Source: Verrucomicrobiota bacterium
GTDB lineage: Bacteria > Verrucomicrobiota > Verrucomicrobiia > Limisphaerales > AAA164-E04
Reading direction: 5' to 3'
Length of the DNA: 64,000 bases
Assembly (NCBI GenBank): GCA_047947115.1
Contig: CP170459.1
Location: forward strand, 5,120,001-5,184,000
The notes beneath the pieces are model-generated. The model was not told where the DNA came from. It ran no database searches and saw only the letters and a program-made list of their open reading frames with translations. A program made the position numbers and the translations under genes. Numbering within the stretch: position 1 is the stretch's first letter; each line of letters starts with the position of its first letter. This document shows, in pieces, positions 59,750 to 64,000 of this stretch.

Positions 59750-61564
59750 CTATTCGCCATTCTGCTCTTTTTGAGGGGCTCGGAGCTGGATGTGCAGATC
59801 CCTCAGCTGCCTGTTTTCTGCTGTGCCGGGTGAATCGGTCATCAAGCAGGTGCCTTTGGCTGTCTTTGGAAATGCGATGACGTCACGGATACTGTGTGTA
59901 CCACAGAGAATGGCGATCAGGCGATCAAATCCAAGGGCAATCCCGCCATGCGGAGGACAACCGAATCGGAAGGCTTCCAACATGTAACCGAATCGTGCCT
60001 TGATGAGGTCTTCGGGCAGTTGAAGCACTTTTTCAAAGATGGTGCGCTGGACCTCGGGCTGATGGATACGGATCGATCCCCCACCCAATTCAACGCCGTT
60101 GACCACCAGGTCATAGTGTTGACCGCGCACTTTTTTCGGATCGGATTCCAGATAAGGAATGTCTTCTTCAACCGGTGCGGTGAAAGGGTGATGACTGGAA
60201 TACCAACGGTTCATTTCCTTGTCGAAACTCAACAACGGAAACTCAATCACCCATAGAAAATCAAAACGATTGGGATCGATGGTCAGCTTGCCCTTCTGCT
60301 GCAGTAAATCCGCACATTGCAGGCGAATGCGACCCAATACTTCACACGCAGCCAACCATTCGTCAGCGGCAAAAAGAATCAAATCACCATCTTCAATTTC
60401 CAAGGTCTCCTGAAGAGCGGCTTTTTCTTCGTCGCTGAAGAATTTGACAATCGGTGACTTCCATTCCCCGTTTTCGACCTTGATGTAAGCAAGCCCCTTG
60501 GCGCCATGACTGATCGCCAGCTGGGTCAGACCTTCCATCTGGCCCTGAGTCACATCGGCGAGCCCCTTGGCGTTCATGGCCTTGATCACGCCACCGCGCT
60601 CGATGGTGCCGCTGAACACCTTGAAAGAACTCGTTTTGAAAGTCTCGGAAAAATCATGCATCTCCAAACCGAAACGGGTGTCGGGCTTGTCGATACCGTA
60701 GGTGTTCATCGCCTCTTCAAACGTGATACGCTTGAAAGAAGCCGGGATATCCATGTTCAGCGCGCTTTTCCAGATGCGCCCCATCAGACCTTCAATCAGG
60801 CTGTAGATATCCTCACGATCAATGAAGGACATTTCAATGTCGACCTGGGTGAACTCAGGCTGGCGATCGGCACGTAAGTCCTCATCACGATAACAACGGG
60901 CCAGTTGAAAATATTTCTCCACACCGGATACCATCAGAATCTGTTTGAACTGCTGAGGTGACTGCGGCAGCGCATAGAAGTGGGAGGGGTGAAGACGGCT
61001 GGGCACCAGAAATTCGCGGGCACCTTCAGGCGTGGACTTGAACAAGGTGGGCGTTTCCACTTCCAGGAAACCTTCCTCATCAAGAAACACACGGGAAGCC
61101 GTGGCGACTTTACTGCGCAGGCGCAGGTTGCGGATCATTTCCGGGCGACGCAGATCCAGGTAGCGATATTTCAAACGCAACTCTTCATTGACCTTGGAAG
61201 CCGTTTCAGGGTCGTCCACGGGAAAGGGCAGCACATCGGCGGCATTCAATACCTCCATGGACTGCACCATGACTTCGACCTCACCGGTGGGGATCTTGGT
61301 ATTATCAGTGCCTTCAGGACGTTTCCTCACTTTGCCTGTGACGGAAATGACGCTCTCGCTGTGCAGCGATGCGGCGGCATCAAACAGGTCGGCGGGAAGA
61401 TCCGATGGATCAAAAACAGTCTGTGTGCGACCTTCGCGATCGCGAACATCGATAAACAATACGCCGCCCAGATCACGCCGGGAATGCACCCAACCGTTGA
61501 GGGTCACGACTTGATCGATGTGTTGTGTTCTAATTTCGTTGCAATGAATCGTGCGTTTCTTCAT
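59750..61564 (-). CDS. aspS: Aspartate--tRNA ligase
   Basis: RRDLGG, LKYRYLDLRR, STPEGAREF, ALPQSPQ, RDEDLRADRQPEF and PPHGGIALGFDR motifs. Confidence 0.97.
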   Translation of the reverse strand: MKKRTIHCNEIRTQHIDQVVTLNGWVHSRRDLGGVLFIDVRDREGRTQTVFDPSDLPADLFDAAASLHSESVISVTGKVRKRPEGTDNTKIPTGEVEVMVQSMEVLNAADVLPFPVDDPETASKVNEELRLKYRYLDLRRPEMIRNLRLRSKVATASRVFLDEEGFLEVETPTLFKSTPEGAREFLVPSRLHPSHFYALPQSPQQFKQILMVSGVEKYFQLARCYRDEDLRADRQPEFTQVDIEMSFIDREDIYSLIEGLMGRIWKSALNMDIPASFKRITFEEAMNTYGIDKPDTRFGLEMHDFSETFKTSSFKVFSGTIERGGVIKAMNAKGLADVTQGQMEGLTQLAISHGAKGLAYIKVENGEWKSPIVKFFSDEEKAALQETLEIEDGDLILFAADEWLAACEVLGRIRLQCADLLQQKGKLTIDPNRFDFLWVIEFPLLSFDKEMNRWYSSHHPFTAPVEEDIPYLESDPKKVRGQHYDLVVNGVELGGGSIRIHQPEVQRTIFEKVLQLPEDLIKARFGYMLEAFRFGCPPHGGIALGFDRLIAILCGTHSIRDVIAFPKTAKGTCLMTDSPGTAENRQLRDLHIQLRAPQKEQNGE

Positions 61565-61731
61565 GGAACCTAAACCGATGGGCCATTCAACAGGACACCC
61601 AATCGAGCGGAATGTTTTACCGCATTTCGGGATAAATCAAAGCAAAAACCTTAGAATCTTGTGCATAGAAACTCAGTGGGGATTGGGAACGTTTGCTTTT
61701 GCATCGCACATTGCTCAAACTCATTCTGGAA

Positions 61732-62079
61732 ATGAAGGAAAGCAAGTATCGCATGGTATGGGTGACGGCTCCCGATCTCGAGACCGCACGTCGTTTGGCG
61801 AAAGGTGCGGTAGAGCGCCGGCTGGCAGCATGCGGGAAGGTGCTGTCACTGGTGGAATCGCACTACTGGTGGGAGGGTAAACTGGAAAGCGCCAACGAAT
61901 ACCAGTTGGTGTTCAAAACACACCAGGACCGTCTGCAGTCATTGACGGATTGGGTGGTTGAGCAGCACCCGTATGAAGTCCCCGAGTGCGTGGCGGTTCC
62001 GGTTGTGGAGGGGTATCCGCCATACCTGAACTGGCTTCGGTCTGAGACCGAAGCGTGCGGATCAGACCGATCTGTCTGA
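61732..62079 (+). CDS. cutA: Divalent-cation tolerance protein CutA
   Basis: VTAPD, LAAC, S.YWWEG, KT and HPYEVPE motifs. Confidence 0.92.
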   Translation: MKESKYRMVWVTAPDLETARRLAKGAVERRLAACGKVLSLVESHYWWEGKLESANEYQLVFKTHQDRLQSLTDWVVEQHPYEVPECVAVPVVEGYPPYLNWLRSETEACGSDRSV

Positions 62080-62107
62080 TCGGACGGATCGGTCCGATTG
62101 TCCGATC
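62062..62107. repeat. Degenerate 9-mer tandem repeat (TCNGWCNGA)x5
   Basis: tcagaccga tctgtctga tcggacgga tcggtccga ttgtccga, between convergent cutA and lysC. Confidence 0.65.
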
Positions 62108-62117
62108 ACCCTGTCGG

Positions 62118-63338
62118 CTAATCACCGACGAAGGCCTGGTGGGCTGCTTGCAGAGCTTCCTCTGCCTTGTCACTGCCGATGACCACGGAGATTTTGATTT
62201 CGCTGGTGGAGATCATCAGAATGTTTACCCCCGCTTCCGAAAGTACTTCGAACAGTTTCGCAGCCACGCCCGAGTGACTCCTCATGCCGACGCCCACGAC
62301 CGACAATTTGCAGATATTTTCGTCGTCCCGAAGGTTTTCAAATCCAATCTTTTCCTGCAAACCAGACAAGACCCGGCGCGCTTTGCTCAAATCGGTTTTC
62401 TCGACGGTGAAAGAAAGGTCGGTCGCACGTTTGCCGCTTTCGTGACTGACGTTCTGCACGATGACATCGACATTAACGGCGGCTTCACTGAGCGGTTTGA
62501 AGATGGAGGCGGCCACACCGGGATGGTCTGGAACAGCTTCCAGCGTTACCTTGGCCTGATTTTTGTCGAGCGACACGCCGCGCACGACCACATTTTCCAT
62601 GTCGGGAGTGGATTCTTTCACAATGGTTCCTGGATTATCGTTCAAACTCGATCTCACTTCAAAAACGACTCCAAATTTTTTGGCAAATTCAACGGATCGA
62701 GACTGCATCACCTTGGCGCCCGAACTGGCGAGTTCGAGCATTTCATCATAAGAGATGAGATCTATCTTTTTGGCATCTTTCACGATACGGGGATCGGCGG
62801 AATAAACGCCGTCCACGTCGGTGTAAATCTGGCACAAATCCGCCTTCAATGCGGCCGCCATCGCGATGGCCGTCAAATCGGATCCCCCACGCCCCAAGGT
62901 CGTGATCTGGCCTTCCGTAGTGCGCCCCTGAAATCCGGCAACGATAACCACATTCCCCTGATTCAACAGCTTGTGAACCTGTTCGGGTGTGATGTTTTTA
63001 ATCTTTGCCTTGGAATGGATGCCATCGGTCGTGATGCCTGCCTGTGCTCCGGTCAGGGATGCCGCCGGTATATCCAACGCATGCAACGCCATGGCGGTCA
63101 GGGCAATGGTCGTCTGCTCGCCGGTTGCCAGCAACATGTCCATTTCGCGCTCGGCAGGAATATCTGTCATCTCCTTTGCCAATCCGATCAGTTTATCGGT
63201 CACACCGCTCATGGCGGAAACGACCACAACAACCTGATCCCCTTTACGCCGGTAGGAGGCCACCCGTTCGGCGACCGCTTTGATGCGCTCGGGATTGGCG
63301 ACCGAAGTGCCGCCGTATTTCTGAACAATCAATGCCAT
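62118..63338 (-). CDS. lysC: Aspartate kinase (monofunctional, two ACT domains)
   Basis: VQKYGGTSV, VVSAM, TTLGRGGSD, YTDVDGVYSADPR and ISTSEIKIS motifs. Confidence 0.96.
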   Translation of the reverse strand: MALIVQKYGGTSVANPERIKAVAERVASYRRKGDQVVVVVSAMSGVTDKLIGLAKEMTDIPAEREMDMLLATGEQTTIALTAMALHALDIPAASLTGAQAGITTDGIHSKAKIKNITPEQVHKLLNQGNVVIVAGFQGRTTEGQITTLGRGGSDLTAIAMAAALKADLCQIYTDVDGVYSADPRIVKDAKKIDLISYDEMLELASSGAKVMQSRSVEFAKKFGVVFEVRSSLNDNPGTIVKESTPDMENVVVRGVSLDKNQAKVTLEAVPDHPGVAASIFKPLSEAAVNVDVIVQNVSHESGKRATDLSFTVEKTDLSKARRVLSGLQEKIGFENLRDDENICKLSVVGVGMRSHSGVAAKLFEVLSEAGVNILMISTSEIKISVVIGSDKAEEALQAAHQAFVGD

Positions 63339-63356
63339 GCTTCCTTTTCTTCTCTA

Positions 63357-64000
63357 CTATAATCCGATCAACCTGGACACCGCCTGCAAATCCGGTTCAC
63401 ACACATCCGGTTGTTTTGCCGCACATTTGATGGCCCGGTCGGGATCTTTGAGTCCGTGTCCGGTCATGGTTGCCGTGATGACACTGCCTTCGGGAATTTT
63501 GTTCGCCTTGACGCACTTGATCAATCCGGCCAGAGGAGCGGCACTGGCCGGCTCCACGAAAACGCCTTCGGTGCGGGCGACCATTTGATACGCCTCGACA
63601 ATTTCTTCATCCGTCACCTTATCGATCCAGCCTTCAGAATCCTTGATCGCGGCATTGGCGGCTTCCCAACTGGCCGGGTTTCCAATGCGAATGGCGGTGG
63701 CCAGGGTTTCCGGCTTGTCGTAGGGGTGGCCGTCCACGATGGGCGCGGCACCCGCAGCCTGGTAACCGCACATTTTGGGGGTTTGTGAGGCGATCCCGGC
63801 AGCATGAAACTCCTGAAAACCTCTCCAGTAAGCGGTGATGTTTCCGGCGTTGCCGACGGGAAGAAAGTGAAAATCAGGGGCGCGACCCAATTGATCACAG
63901 ATCTCGAAAGAAGCTGTTTTCTGGCCTTCAATCCGGACAGGATTGATGCTGTTGACGACCTCCACCTTGCCCGTTTCGCCCAGCTCACGAACGATGCGGA
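63357..64000 (-). CDS. thrC: Threonine synthase, 5'-partial
   Basis: [39 protein letters not shown] and TGHGLKDP motifs. Confidence 0.93.
   Translation of the reverse strand, partial: RIVRELGETGKVEVVNSINPVRIEGQKTASFEICDQLGRAPDFHFLPVGNAGNITAYWRGFQEFHAAGIASQTPKMCGYQAAGAAPIVDGHPYDKPETLATAIRIGNPASWEAANAAIKDSEGWIDKVTDEEIVEAYQMVARTEGVFVEPASAAPLAGLIKCVKANKIPEGSVITATMTGHGLKDPDRAIKCAAKQPDVCEPDLQAVSRLIGL

Noticed and set aside
62055..63362. 435-aa plus-strand ORF
   Set aside because: Antisense shadow of lysC
1..64000. tRNA, rRNA and sigma70 promoter calls
   Set aside because: No cloverleaf or rRNA signatures seen; TTGAC hexamers (e.g. near 9461, 9510, 28503) lack convincing -10 partners

Overview
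Bacterial chromosomal window of moderate GC, most likely from a PVC-superphylum organism (Verrucomicrobiota-like). This is inferred from a DUF1549/DUF1553 + DUF1501 pair, a PVC-type heme-binding CxxCH protein, prepilin-type H-X9-DG proteins, sulfatases, and DUF1080 and ThuA proteins. It holds about 45 CDSs. Housekeeping genes are an EF-G paralog, rpmB, ileS, gltB, aspS, cutA, aspartokinase and a partial thrC. They are mixed with carbohydrate and envelope genes: an SSS transporter, a three-gene NDP-sugar cassette, exosortase + EpsI, sulfatases and a lactonase. I saw no rRNA, tRNA, CRISPR array, integrase or transposase. The most notable observations are: (1) a full-length HypF homolog that has lost acylphosphatase and YrdC-type motifs but kept its zinc fingers and Kae1-type metal ligands, 18 bp upstream of a membrane pyrophosphatase and with no hydrogenase genes nearby; (2) GTAG-type REP elements, namely a 5x40 bp hairpin array and two related composite elements between convergent genes; (3) three broken genes: a truncated hemoglobin frameshifted in a T7 run, a PIN toxin with one in-frame TAA, and a sulfatase N-terminus joined out of frame to a TPR-like C-terminus; (4) several families of short-period intergenic repeats. 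All family assignments come from motif recognition by eye, not database searches.
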